From: Antedon mediterranea
Lineage: Eukaryota > Animalia > Echinodermata
Assembly: GCF_964355755.1 (NCBI RefSeq)
Contig: NC_092677.1
Location: 12,484,101-12,548,100 of the forward strand
Length of the DNA stretch: 64,000 nucleotides
Direction of reading: 5' to 3'
Shown: positions 12,793 through 26,288 of the stretch, piece after piece
How the letters are laid out: each line of letters opens with the position of its first letter
Position numbering within the stretch: position 1 is the first letter of the stretch
The notes under the pieces: model-generated
What the model was told of the DNA's origin: nothing
The model's input: only the letters and a program-made list of their open reading frames with translations
The model's database searches: none
Made by a program: the position numbers and the translations under genes

Positions 12793-14520
12793 AAAGGTAC
12801 ATAGGTAGCTTAAGTTTTGATAATGGTACAACTATAGTTCAGTTCTAATTTACAACAATTGAAAATTTAAATTTGTTATTAAAGTCTTTCTCTTTTTTTT
12901 TATAAATTACAGAAGATCCACCAATCTTATCATTTGTTGAAACTACGAAGAAGATGAAGTACACTACTCTATCATTTCATCGTACAGTGTCTGACCGACA
13001 TACTGGTGCTATATAAGAGGTCAGCCCCAAGAGAATCCCGCCCTAAACTGATGAAGGTCAAGTCTGGGTTGACATTCGGTTAATAATTTCCTGTATTGAG
13101 AAGTTATCAACAACAAACAAATCCGATTTTATAAATATCTGATTGGCTGCATTTCTGTGTAAAATACCATATCGTGCCAGATATATAGAAACTGTGTTTT
13201 GCAAATATAAGTCAACATGTCTTGATGCCTAATGTGTTAATGTAACTGGTGCATTCATGTTACAAGACTATAACACTTGTGTTATTTGCAACACAATAGG
13301 GTTTTTCAATATAGTACGTTACATGTACATCTTTTTTTTAAATAAAGATGATTTAGTAAGAATTTTGATAATGTATAGAGAAAACTTGGACAATGTTTTT
13401 GACTTTCATGAAGACAATAGCGATTGTAGAATCATTTATAATCTACATAATAGAAAATTAACGCTTAAAAAAGAACGACATTTCAACTTCATAAGCGTTT
13501 TTTTTCTATTATGTATTTACAATAAATGTACCCTCATTCGTAATTTATAATCTACTTAAGAAAAATACGTAATATAGGCTCAATTTATAATATATATATG
13601 TTGTTGCCGTGGAAACTTGCAATATAATGACAGTATACTTTATTAAGTGTAATTATTGTTATATACTTATTTTATTTAACCAAAGACGATCATAACGTTA
13701 GAGAGTGCATTTAGTAATACAGCTGCATGATCTTAGAAATAAAATTGAACCATAAAATAAACATTATAGTGTAGATATAAATGTAAATAAGCTAACATGT
13801 AAACTTCTTCCAAGATATTGTAAGTAATGTTCATATTTTTTTAAGCTTATGTAAATTATCATTTATTATTTTATTGTTATATTTTAAAAGAATATAACAA
13901 TTCAGTGTGTTATACTTTTATCATTATATTTTAAAGAAATTGTTTTAATTTAAGATTAAAATACATAAATTGCATGTGTTGTTAATATAATTTTAAAACT
14001 CAAAAACATAATTTGTTGTTTTTAACTTTTAGCAAGTTTGAAACCAAATTAAGGCATTCAAATTTTAAAACAGTCTGCCTTTAGAAATAAAACAGCAATG
14101 AAATATTACACTACAATTTAAATTCATTTATTTTCCATTCTTGGCCTTAACTTTTGTGAAAATGAAACAATCACAAGAATTAAGACTAATCTTTTATGCA
14201 AATTTAAAGGCAACAAAAACTTCCCTGATTTTAGTAAGTAAAATATAAATTATTATTAAACACTTAAGTTTAGCTATTTAAAATATTTTATTCTAATCAT
14301 GACAAATTTTAAGGATTAGCTGGTCTCTGGGTGCATTACAACAATTGAAATATACTTCTTGTAATCCCATGTCCACACTGAGCCCAGATTCCTGTCTGGT
14401 GAATGGAATAGGTTTAGTTCACACTAAGCCAATCTGTAAAAATCCATGTATGTTATCAAAAACCTAAGGTACCCTAGTAACAGTATTCAATGGTTTGTTG
14501 TCCCTTTTTATTGTTCGTGT

Positions 14521-14653
14521 TAAGCCCTGTCTACAAACTTTACACAATTTGATGTGCCCAAATATGCTAGTGCTATGGTCATGATTTGACATCATCATAA
14601 ACATAATTATATTTTTTTTTTCACATAAAGTTTGATAGTGTAGACACGGCTTA
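14521..14653. mobile_element. MITE with terminal inverted repeats
   Basis: taagccctgtctaca ... tgtagacacggctta inverted ends; same family as 44118. Confidence 0.75.
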
Positions 14654-14941
14654 ACACTCCAAGGATAAGCCACTCCATAGAATCCATGCTTAATGTGAAC
14701 ATAGCTTTAAATTGTTTTAGTTTCTCTGTTCAAGCAATACAAATTGTTTTTCTTTTAGAGATACAACCGAATAAATAATAATAATAATTTCTTTTAGCTA
14801 AAATCTTTTTTCTGTAAAAAATACTTTTATAATGTGTAAATGTCTGTAACAATAATCATTTTGGCTCAACCTGTAAATGAACTACAAATATACCCTTTTA
14901 TTTTATAATCTATGTGGATTTTTCTACATTTAGTTTGTTGT

Positions 14942-14997
14942 TGTGGTCTGACACGGTTACTGTGGTCTGACATGGTTACTGTGGGTCCACATGGTTG
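14942..14997. repeat. 19-bp tandem repeat x3
   Basis: tgtggtctgacayggttac repeated, third copy diverged. Confidence 0.75.
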
Positions 14998-15188
14998 TTT
15001 TTATGTCTGTGTTGAACCACTATAATATACATCTCATGTTTTTGTTGTCTTTTGTTCACACTACTTGACAGTGGTTTAAATAAGCTTTAAGTAATTAAGA
15101 CCAATGTACATGCATAGTATATCAATAAACAAGATGAAATATTGAAAATATATTTAGATTCACCCTTTTCAATGTATATTACAGGAAA

Positions 15189-15293
15189 TTTTAGTCACGT
15201 GCAAATGTGACTCTACAGCTCACTATGTCGGTCGGTCGGTAAACACTAACTCAAATTTGAGCACGCAACTGCAGTCATGTATATGGCCTTGTT
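15189..15293 (+). mobile_element. Short HINE/DINE-1-like (Helentron-associated) non-autonomous element
   Basis: 5' stem-loop agtcac...gtgact, (GTCG)n microsatellite, 3' end gtatatggccttgtt, TT at both ends. Confidence 0.55.
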
Positions 15294-15304
15294 AAAATGT
15301 CAGC

Positions 15305-18300
15305 AAAATTTCGACCCTTTTATTCTTTGACATAACTGGTTACTATATCATAATTAGATAATTTCAGGGAAATTTTCGGAAAATGGCCAATTTCCACCCT
15401 TATATTTTGTAACATAAATGGTTACTATAGCATAATGAACATGCGCAGGGTCGAATAATGGGTTCTGCGCATGTCAATTATGCTATAGTAACCATTTTTA
15501 TGGAAAAATAAAAAGGTCGAAATTGGGCAATTTTTGTGAAAAATCGAAAAAAAGGTCGAAAATTAGTATTTTTCTAAAAAATCCCTGTACTATAGTACAG
15601 GGAAATTTTCGAAAAATTGCCAATTTTCGACCCTTTTATTTTTTGACATAAATGGTTACTATAGAATTATAAACATGCGCAGAGTCGAATAATGCGTTCT
15701 GCGCATGTCAATTGGCTATAGTAACCACTTTTGACATAAATGGTTACTATAGCATAATAAACATGCGCAGAGTCGAATAGTGGGTTCTGCGCATGTCAAT
15801 TATGCTATAGTAACCAGTTTTATCGAAAAATAAAAAGGTCGAAAATTAGTAATTTTTCTAAAAAATCCCTGGAAATTTTCGAAAAATGGCCAATTTTCGA
15901 CCCTTTTATTTTTCGACATAAATGGTTACTATAGCATTATAAACATGTGCAGAGTCGAATAATGGGTTCTGCGCATATCAATTATGCTATAGTAACCAGT
16001 TTTATCGAAAAATAAAAAGGTCGAAAATTAGTAATTTTTCTAAAAAATCCCTGTACTATAGTACAGGGAAATTTTCGAAAAATTGCCAATTTTTTACCTT
16101 TTTATTTTTTGACATAAATGGTTACTATAGCATTATAAACATGCGCAGAGTCGAATAATGCGTTCTGCGCATGTCAATTGGCTATAGTAACCACTTTTGA
16201 CATAAATGGTTACTATAGCATAATAAACATGCGCAGAGTCGAATAATGGGTTCTGCGCATGCCAATTGTGCTATAGTAACCAGTTTAATCGAAAAATAAA
16301 AAGGTCGAAAATTAATCATTTTTTGAAAAAATCCCTGTACTATAGTAAAGGAAAATTATCGAAAAATCACCAATTTCGACCCTTATATTTTGTGACATAA
16401 ATGGTTACTATAGCATAATAAACATGCGCAGAGTCGAATAGTGGGTTCTGCGCATGTCAATTATGCTATAGTAACCAGTTTTATCGAAAAATAAAAAGGT
16501 CGAAAATTAGTAATTTTTCTAAAAAATCCCTGTGCTATAGTACAGGGAGATTTTCTAAAAATTGCCAATTTTTTACCTTTTTATTTTTTGACATAAAATG
16601 TTACTATAGCATTATAAACAGGCGCAGAGTCGAATAATGCGTTCTGCGCATGTCAATTGGCTATAGTAACCACTTTTGGCATAAATGGTTACTATAGCAT
16701 AATAAACATGCGCAGAGTCGAATAGTGGGTTCTCCGCATGTCAATTATGCTATAGTAACCAGTTTTATCGAAAAATAAAAAGGTCGAAAATTAGTATTTT
16801 TCTAAAAAATCCCTGTACTATAGTACAGGGAAATTTTCGAAAAATTGCCAATTTTTTACCTTTTTATTTTTTGACATAAATGGTTACTATAGCATTATAA
16901 ACATGCGCAGAGTCGAATAATGCGTTCTGCGCATGTCAATTGGCTATAGTAACCACTTTTGACATAAATGGTTACTATAGCATAATAAACATGCGCAGAG
17001 TCGAATAATGGGTTCTGCGCATGCCAATTGTGCTATAGTAACCAGTTTAATCGAAAAATAAAAAGGTCGAAAATTAATCATTTTTTTAAAAAATCCCTGT
17101 ACTATAGTAAAGGAAAATTATCAAAAAATCACCAATTTCGACCCTTATATTTTGTGACATAAATGGTTACTATAGCATAATAAACATGCGCAGAGTCGAA
17201 TAGTGGGTTCTGCGCATGTCAATTATGCTATAGTAACCAGTTTTATCGAAAAATAAAAAGGTCGAAAATTAGTAATTTTTCTAAAAAATCCCTGTGCTAT
17301 AGTACAGGGAGATTTTCTAAAAATTGCCAATTTTTTACCTTTTTATTTTTTGACATAAATGGTTACTATAGCATTATAAACAGGCGCAGAGTCGAATAAT
17401 GCGTTCTGCGCATGTCAATTGGCTATAGTAACCACTTTTGGCATAAATGGTTACTATAGCATAATAAACATGCGCAGATTCGAATAATGGGTTCTGCGCA
17501 TGTCAATTATGCTATAGTAACCAGTTTAATCGAAAACTAAAAAGGTCGAAAATTAGTAATTTTTCTAAAAAATCCCTGTGCTATAGTACAGGGAGATTTT
17601 CGAAAAATTGCCAATTTTTTACCTTTTTATTTTTTGACATAAATGATTACTATAGCATTATAAATATGCACAGAGTCGAATAATGCGTTCTGCGCATGTC
17701 AATTGGCTATAGTAACCACTTTTGACATAAATGGTTACTATAGCATAATAAACATGCGCAGAGTCGAATAGTGGGTTCTGCGCATGTCAATTATGCTATA
17801 GTAACCAGTTTTATTGAAAAATAAAAAGGTCGAAAATTAGTAATTTTTCTAAAAAATCCCTGTACTATAGTACATGGAAATTTTCGAAAAATTGCCCAAT
17901 TTTTTACCTTTTTATTTTTCGATAAAACTGGTTACTATAGCATGATTGACATGCGCAGAGTCGAATAATGGGTTCTGCGCATGTCAATTGCCTATAGTAA
18001 CCACTTTTGACATAAATGGTTACTATAGCATAATAAACATGCGCAGAGTCGAATAGTGGGTTCTGCGCATGTCAATTGGCTATAGATACCACTTTTGACA
18101 TAAATGGTTACTATAGTATAATAAACATGCGCAGAGTCAAATAGTGTGTTCTGCGCATGTCAATTATGCTATAGTAACCAGTTTTATCGAAAAATAAAAA
18201 GGTCGAAAATTTGTAATTTTTCTAAAAAATCCCTGTGCTATAGTACAGGGAGATTTTCTAAAAATTGCCAATTTTTTACCTTTTTATTTTTTGACATAAA

Positions 18301-20462
18301 TGGTTACTATAGCATTATAAACAGGCGCAGAGTCGAATAATGCGTTCTGCGCATGTCAATTGGCTATAGTAACCACTTTTGGCATAAATGGTTACTATAG
18401 CATAATAAACATGCGCAGATTCGAATAATGGGTTCTGCGCATGTCAATTATGCTATAGTAACCAGTTTAATCGAAAACTAAAAAGGTCGAAAATTAGTAA
18501 TTTTTCTAAAAAATCCCTGTGCTATAGTACAGGGAGATTTTCGAAAAATTGCCAATTTTTTACCTTTTTATTTTTTGACATAAATGATTACTATAGCATT
18601 ATAAACATGCACAGAGTCGAATAATGCGTTCTGCGCATGTCAATTGGCTATAGTAACCACTTTTGACATAAATGGTTACTATAGCATTATAAACATGCGC
18701 AGAGTCGAATAATGCGTTCTGCTCATGTCAATTGGCTATAGAAACAACTTTTGACATAAATGGTTACTATAGCATAATAAACATGCGCAGAGTCGAATAG
18801 TGGGTTCTGCGCATGTCAATTATGCTATAGTAACCAGTTTTATCGAAAAATAAAAAGGTCGAAAATTAGTAATTTTTCTAAAAAATCCCTGTGCTATAGT
18901 ACAGGGAGATTTTCGAAAAATTGTCAATTTTTTACCTTTTTATTTTTTGACATAAATGGTTACTATAGCATTATAAACATGCGCAGAGTCGAATAATGCG
19001 TTCTGCGCATGTCAATTGGCTATAGTAACCACTTTTGACATAAATGGTTACTATAGCATAATAAACATGCGCAGAGTCGAATAATGGGTTCTGCGCATGT
19101 CAATTATGCTATAGTAACCAGTTTAATCGAAAAATAAAAAGGTCGAAAATTAGTCATTTTTTGAAAAAATCCCTGTACTATAGTACAGGGAAATTTTCGA
19201 AAAATTGCCAATTTTTTACCTTTTTCTTTTTCGATAAAACTGGTTACTATAGCATAATTGACATGCGCAGAGTCGTATAATGCGTTCTGCGCATTTCAAT
19301 TGGCTATAGTAACCAATTTTGACATAAATGGTTACTATAGCATAATAAACATGCGCAGAGTCGAATAATGGGTTCTGCGCACGCCAATTGTACTATAGTA
19401 ACAAGTTTTATCGAAAAATAAAAAGGTCGAAAATTAGTCATTTTTGGAAAAAATCCCTGTACTATAATACAGGGAAATTTTCGAAAAATGGCCAATTTTT
19501 TACCCTTTTATTTTTTGACATAAATGGTTACTATAGGATTATAAACATGCGCAGAGTCGAATAATGCGTTCTGCGCATGTCAATTGGCTTTAGATACCAC
19601 TTTTGACATAAATGGTTACTATAGCATAATAAACATGCTCAGAGTCGAATAATGGGTTCTGCGCATGTCAATTGGCTATAGTAACCACTTTTGACATAAA
19701 TGGTTACTATAGCATAATAAACATGCGCAGAGTCGAATAATGGGTTCTGCGCATGTCAATTATGCTATAGTAACCAGTTTTATCGAAAAATAAAAAGGTA
19801 GAAAATTAGTAATTTTTCTAAAAAATCTCTGTACTATAGTGTAGGGAAATTTTCGAAAAATTGCCAATTTGTTACCTTTTTATTTTTTGACATAAATGGT
19901 TACTATAGCATTATAAACATGCGCAGAGTCGAATAATCCGTTCTGCGCATGTCAATTGGCTATAGTAACCACTTTTGACATAAATGGTTACTATAGCATA
20001 ATAAACATGCGCAGAGTCGAATAATGGGTTCTGCGCACGCCAATTGTACTATAGTAACAAGTTTTATCGAAAAATAAAAAGGTCGAAAATTAGTCATTTT
20101 TGGAAAAAATCCCTGTACTATAGTACAGGGAAATTTTCGAAAAATGGCCAATTTTTTACCCTTTTATTTTTTGACATAAATGGTTACTATAGCATTATAA
20201 ACATGCGCAGAGTCGAATAATGCGTTCTGCGCATGTCAATTTGCTATAGATACCACTTTTGACATAAATGGTTACTATAGCATAATAAACATGCGCAGAG
20301 TCGAATATTGCGTTCTGCGCATGTCAATTGTGCTATAGTAACCAGTTTAATCGAAAAATAAAAAGGTCGAAAATTAGTCATTTTTTGAAAAAAATCCCTG
20401 TACTATAGTATTGGGAAATTTTCGAAAAGTGGCCAATTTTCGACCCTTTTATTTTTTGACAT
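15305..20462. repeat. Satellite family A block 1 (88-bp + 196-bp palindromic subunits; basic period ~284 bp)
   Basis: Recurrent tggttactatagcataataaacatgcgcaga-loop-tctgcgcatgtcaattatgctatagtaacca and ccctgtactatagtacaggg; the repeated ORFs elsewhere in the array are spaced 284 bp. Confidence 0.97.
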
Positions 20463-21560
20463 AAGTCTAAGTCCGCTGTGTGACTTAGGCAAATAAGGAG
20501 AGCTGACTTATGATCTGCCTAACTCACTGCTTATATCAATATACTATATTTTTGTGTATTTCTGCCTAAGTCAGCTGTATGACTTAGGCAATTAAGGAGA
20601 GCTGACTTATGATCTGCCTAACTCACTGCTTATATCAATATACTATATTTTTTATGTTTCTGCCTAAGTCAGCTGTGTGACTTAGGCAATTAAGGAGAGC
20701 TGACTTATGATATGCCTAACTCACTGCTTATATCAATATACTATATTTTTGTAGATTCTGCATAAGTCAGCTGTGTGACTTAGGCAATTAAGGAGAGGAG
20801 ACTCATAATTTTTTTAATAAAATAAGAAATACATTTTTACAGTATATTTTTTAACCCATTTGTTACAAATTCTTTCTCTTTTATTGCTACTTTCCTTTTC
20901 TAAAATCATCAGTGTTAATTTTAATCTGAAGAGCTGATGCTATTAAATTTTGTTACTTAAAGGTAGCATTTTTTGTATATAGATGATATCGACAGCCTCA
21001 TAACAAAAGTGTCTAAAGTCATAATTGTTTTTATCTGGCTAACTCACTGCTTATATCAATATACTATATTTTTTGTGTGTTTCTGCCTAAGTCAGCTGTG
21101 TGACTTAGGCAATTAAGGAGAGCTGACTTATGATCTGCCTAACTCACTGCTTATATCAATATACTATATTTTTTGTGTTTCTGCCTAAGTCAGCTGTGTG
21201 ACTTAGGCAATTAAGGAGAGCTGACTTATGATATGCCTAACTCACTGCTTATATCAATATACTATATTTTTGTAGATTCTGCCTAAGTCAGCTGTGTGAC
21301 TTAGGCAATTAAGGAGAGGAGACTCATAATTTTTTAATAAAATAAGAAATACATTTTTATAGTATATTTTTTAACCCATTTGTTACAAATTCTTCCTTTT
21401 TTATTGGTACTTTCCTTTTCTAAAATCATCAGTGTTAATTTTAATCTGAAGAGCTGATGCTATTAAATTTTGTTACTTAAAGGTAGCATTTTTTGTATAT
21501 AGATGATATCGACAGCCTCATAACAAAAGTGTCTAAGTCATAATTTTTTTTTTGCCTAAC
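20463..21560. repeat. Satellite family B block 1 (98-bp units in triplets plus ~250-bp spacer)
   Basis: Unit ctgcctaagtcagctgtgtgacttaggcaattaaggagagctgacttatgatctgcctaactcactgcttatatcaatatactatatttt; period 21181->21279. Confidence 0.95.
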
Positions 21561-23394
21561 TTGAAAAATGGCCAATTTTTTACCTTTTTATTTTTTGACA
21601 TAAATGGTTACTATAGTATTATAAACATGCGCAGAGTCGAATATTGCGTTCTGCGCATGTCAATTGGCTATAGTAACCACTTTTGACATAAATGGTTACT
21701 ATAGCATAATAAACATGCGCAGAGTCGAATAATGGGTTCTGCGCATGTCAATTATGCTATAGTAACCAGCTTTATCAAAAAATAAAAAGGTCGAAAATTA
21801 GTAGTTTTTCTAAAAAATCCCTGTACTATAGTACAGGGAAATTTTCAAAAAATTGCCAATTTTTTACCTTTTTATTTTTTGACATAAATGGTTACTATAG
21901 TATTATAAACATGCGCAGAGTCGAATATTGCGTTCTCCGCATGTCAATTGGCTATAGTAACCACTTTTGACATAAATGGTTACTATAGCATAATAAACAT
22001 GCGCAGAGTCGAATAATGGGTTCTGCGCATGTCAATTATGCTATAGTAACCAGTTTAATCGAAAAATAAAAAGGTCGAAAATTAGTCATTTTTTGAAAAA
22101 ATCCCTGTACTATAGTACAGGGAAATTTTCGAAAAATTGCCAATTTTTTACCTTTTTCTTTTTCGATAAAACTGGTTACTATAGCATAATTGACATGCGC
22201 AGAGTCGTATAATGCGTTCTGCGCATTTCAATTGGCTATAGTAACCAATTTTGACATAAATGGTTACTATAGCATAATAAACATGCGCAGAGTCGAATAA
22301 TGGGTTCTGCGCACGCCAATTGTACTATAGTAACAAGTTTTATCGAAAAATAAAAAGGTCGAAAATTAGTCATTTTTGGAAAAAATCCCTGTACTATAAT
22401 ACAGGGAAATTTTCGAAAAATGGCCAATTTTTTACCCTTTTATTTTTTGACATAAATGGTTACTATAGGATTATAAACATGCGCAGAGTCGAATAATGCG
22501 TTCTGCGCATGTCAATTGGCTTTAGATACCACTTTTGACATAAATGGTTACTATAGCATAATAAACATGCGCAGAGTCGAATAATGAGTTCTGCGCATGT
22601 CAATTGGCTATAGTAACCACTTTTGACATAAATGGTTACTATAGCATAATAAACATGCGCAGAGTCGAATAATGGGTTCTGCGCATGTCAATTATGCTAT
22701 AGTAACCAGTTTTATCGAAAAATAAAAAGGTAGAAAATTAGTAATTTTTCTAAAAAATCTCTGTACTATAGTGTAGGGAAATTTTCGAAAAATTGCCAAT
22801 TTGTTACCTTTTTATTTTTTGACATAAATGGTTACTATAGCATTATAAACATGCGCAGAGTCGAATAATCCGTTCTGCGCATGTCAATTGGCTATAGTAA
22901 CCACTTTTGACATAAATGGTTACTATAGCATAATAAACATGCGCAGAGTCGAATAATGGGTTCTGCGCACGCCAATTGTACTATAGTAACAAGTTTTATC
23001 GAAAAATAAAAAGGTCGAAAATTAGTCATTTTTGGAAAAAATCCCTGTACTATAGTACAGGGAAATTTTCGAAAAATGGCCAATTTTTTACCCTTTTATT
23101 TTTTGACATAAATGGTTACTATAGCATTATAAACATGCGCAGAGTCGAATAATGCGTTCTGCGCATGTCAATTTGCTATAGATACCACTTTTGACATAAA
23201 TGGTTACTATAGCATAATAAACATGCGCAGAGTCGAATATTGCGTTCTGCGCATGTCAATTGTGCTATAGTAACCAGTTTAATCGAAAAATAAAAAGGTC
23301 GAAAATTAGTCATTTTTTGAAAAAAATCCCTGTACTATAGTATTGGGAAATTTTCGAAAAGTGGCCAATTTTCGACCCTTTTATTTTTTGACAT
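21561..23394. repeat. Satellite family A block 2
   Basis: Same units; diagnostic variants duplicate those of block 1 at a 2932-bp offset. Confidence 0.95.
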
Positions 23395-24492
23395 AAGTCT
23401 AAGTCCGCTGTGTGACTTAGGCAAATAAGGAGAGCTGACTTATGATCTGCCTAACTCACTGCTTATATCAATATACTATATTTTTGTGTATTTCTGCCTA
23501 AGTCAGCTGTATGACTTAGGCAATTAAGGAGAGCTGACTTATGATCTGCCTAACTCACTGCTTATATCAATATACTATATTTTTTATGTTTCTGCCTAAG
23601 TCAGCTGTGTGACTTAGGCAATTAAGGAGAGCTGACTTATGATATGCCTAACTCACTGCTTATATCAATATACTATATTTTTGTAGATTCTGCATAAGTC
23701 AGCTGTGTGACTTAGGCAATTAAGGAGAGGAGACTCATAATTTTTTTAATAAAATAAGAAATACATTTTTACAGTATATTTTTTAACCCATTTGTTACAA
23801 ATTCTTTCTCTTTTATTGCTACTTTCCTTTTCTAAAATCATCAGTGTTAATTTTAATCTGAAGAGCTGATGCTATTAAATTTTGTTACTTAAAGGTAGCA
23901 TTTTTTGTATATAGCTGATATCGACAGCCTCATAACAAAAGTGTCTAAAGTCATAATTGTTTTTATCTGGCTAACTCACTGCTTATATCAATATACTATA
24001 TTTTTTGTGTGTTTCTGCCTAAGTCAGCTGTGTGACTTAGGCAATTAAGGAGAGCTGACTTATGATCTGCCTAACTCACTGCTTATATCAATATACTATA
24101 TTTTTTGTGTTTCTGCCTAAGTCAGCTGTGTGACTTAGGCAATTAAGGAGAGCTGACTTATGATATGCCTAACTCACTGCTTATATCAATATACTATATT
24201 TTTGTAGATTCTGCCTAAGTCAGCTGTGTGACTTAGGCAATTAAGGAGAGGAGACTCATAATTTTTTAATAAAATAAGAAATACATTTTTATAGTATATT
24301 TTTTAACCCATTTGTTACAAATTCTTCCTTTTTTATTGGTACTTTCCTTTTCTAAAATCATCAGTGTTAATTTTAATCTGAAGAGCTGATGCTATTAAAT
24401 TTTGTTACTTAAAGGTAGCATTTTTTGTATATAGATGATATCGACAGCCTCATAACAAAAGTGTCTAAGTCATAATTTTTTTTTTGCCTAAC
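23395..24492. repeat. Satellite family B block 2
   Basis: Near-identical to 20463-21560. Confidence 0.95.
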
Positions 24493-25384
24493 TCGAAAAA
24501 TGGCCAATTTTTTACCTTTTTATTTTTTGACATAAATGGTTACTATAGTATTATAAACATGCGCAGAGTCGAATATTGCGTTCTGCGCATGTCAATTGGC
24601 TATAGTAACCACTTTTGACATAAATGGTTATTATAGCATAATAAACATGCGCAGAGTCGAATAATAGGTTCTGCGCATGTCAATTATGCTATAGTAACCA
24701 GCTTTATCAAAAAATAAAAAGGTCGAAAATTAGTAGTTTTTCTAAAAAATCCCTGTACTATAGTACAGGGAAATTTTCAAAAAATTGCCAATTTTTTACC
24801 TTTTTATTTTTTGACATAAATGGTTACTATAGCATTATAAACATGCGCAGAGTCGAATAATGCGTTCTGCGCATATCAATTGGCTATAGTAACCACTTTT
24901 GACATAAATGGTTACTATAGCATAATAAACATGCGCAGAGTCGAATAATGGGTTCTGCGCACGCCAATTGTACTATAGTAACAAGTTTTATCGAAAAATA
25001 AAAAGGTCGAAAATTAGTCATTTTTGGAAAAAATCCCTGTACTATAGTACAGGGAAATTTTCGAAAAATGGCCAATTTTTTACCCTTTTATTTTTAGACA
25101 TAAATGGTTACTATAGCATTATAAACATGCGTATAGCCGAATAATGCGTTCTGCGCATGTCGATTGGCTATAGATACCAGTTTTGACATAAATGGTTACT
25201 ATAGCATAATAAACATGCGCAGAGTCGAATATTGCGTTCTGCGCATGTCAATTGTGCTATAGTAACCAGTTTAATCGAAAAATAATAAGGTCGAAAATTT
25301 GTCATTTTTTGAAAAAATCCCTGTACTATAGTACAGGGAAATTTTCGAAAAGTGGCCAATTTTCGACCCTTTTATTTTTTGACA
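24493..25384. repeat. Satellite family A block 3
   Basis: About three 284-bp units. Confidence 0.95.
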
Positions 25385-26288
25385 TAAGTCTAAGTCCGCT
25401 GTGTGACTTAGGCAATTAAGGAGAGCTGACTTATGATCTGCCTAACTCACTGCTTATATCAATATACTATATTTTTGTGTGTTTCTGCCTAAGTCAGCTG
25501 TATGACTTAGGCAATTAAGGAGAGCTGACTTATGATCTGCCTAACTCACTGCTTATATCAATATACTATATTTTTTGTGTTTCTGCCTAAGTCAGCTGTG
25601 TGACTTAGGCAATTAAGGAGAGCTGACTTATGATATGCCTAACTCACTGCTTATATCAATATACTATATTTTTGTAGATTCTGCCTAAGTCAGCTGTGTG
25701 ACTTAGGCAATTAAGGAGAGGAGACTCATAATTTTTTTAATAAAATAAGAAATACATTTTTACAATATATTTTTTAACCCTATTTTTATACTATATTTTT
25801 TTTGTGTTTCTGCCTAAGTCAGCTGTGTGACTTAGGCAATTAAGGAGAGCTGACTTATGATCTGCCTAACTCACTGCTTATATCAATATACTATATTTTT
25901 TATGTTTCTGCCTAAGTCAGCTGTGTGACTTAGGCAATTAAGGAGAGCTGACTTATGATATGCCTAACTCACTTCTTATATCAATATACTATATTTTTGT
26001 AGATTCTGCATAAGTCAGCTGTGTGACTTAGGCAATTAAGGAGAGGAGACTCATAATTTTTTTAATAAAATAAGAAATACATTTTTACAGTATATTTTTT
26101 AACCCATTTGTTACAAATTCTTTCTCTTTTATTGGTACTTTCCTTTTCTAAAATCATCAGTGTTAATTTTAATCTGAAGAGCTGATGCTATTAAATTTTG
26201 TTACTTAAAGGTAGCATTTTTTGTATATAGATGATATCGACAGCCTCATAACAAAAGTGTCTAAGTCATAATTTTTTTTTTGCCTAAC
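25385..26288. repeat. Satellite family B block 3
   Basis: 98-bp units; first spacer internally deleted near 25780. Confidence 0.93.

Noticed and set aside
13048-13082. Hammerhead ribozyme core (CTGATGA plus stem gtcaa/ttgac)
   Set aside because: No GAAA after stem II and no stem I/III pairing found
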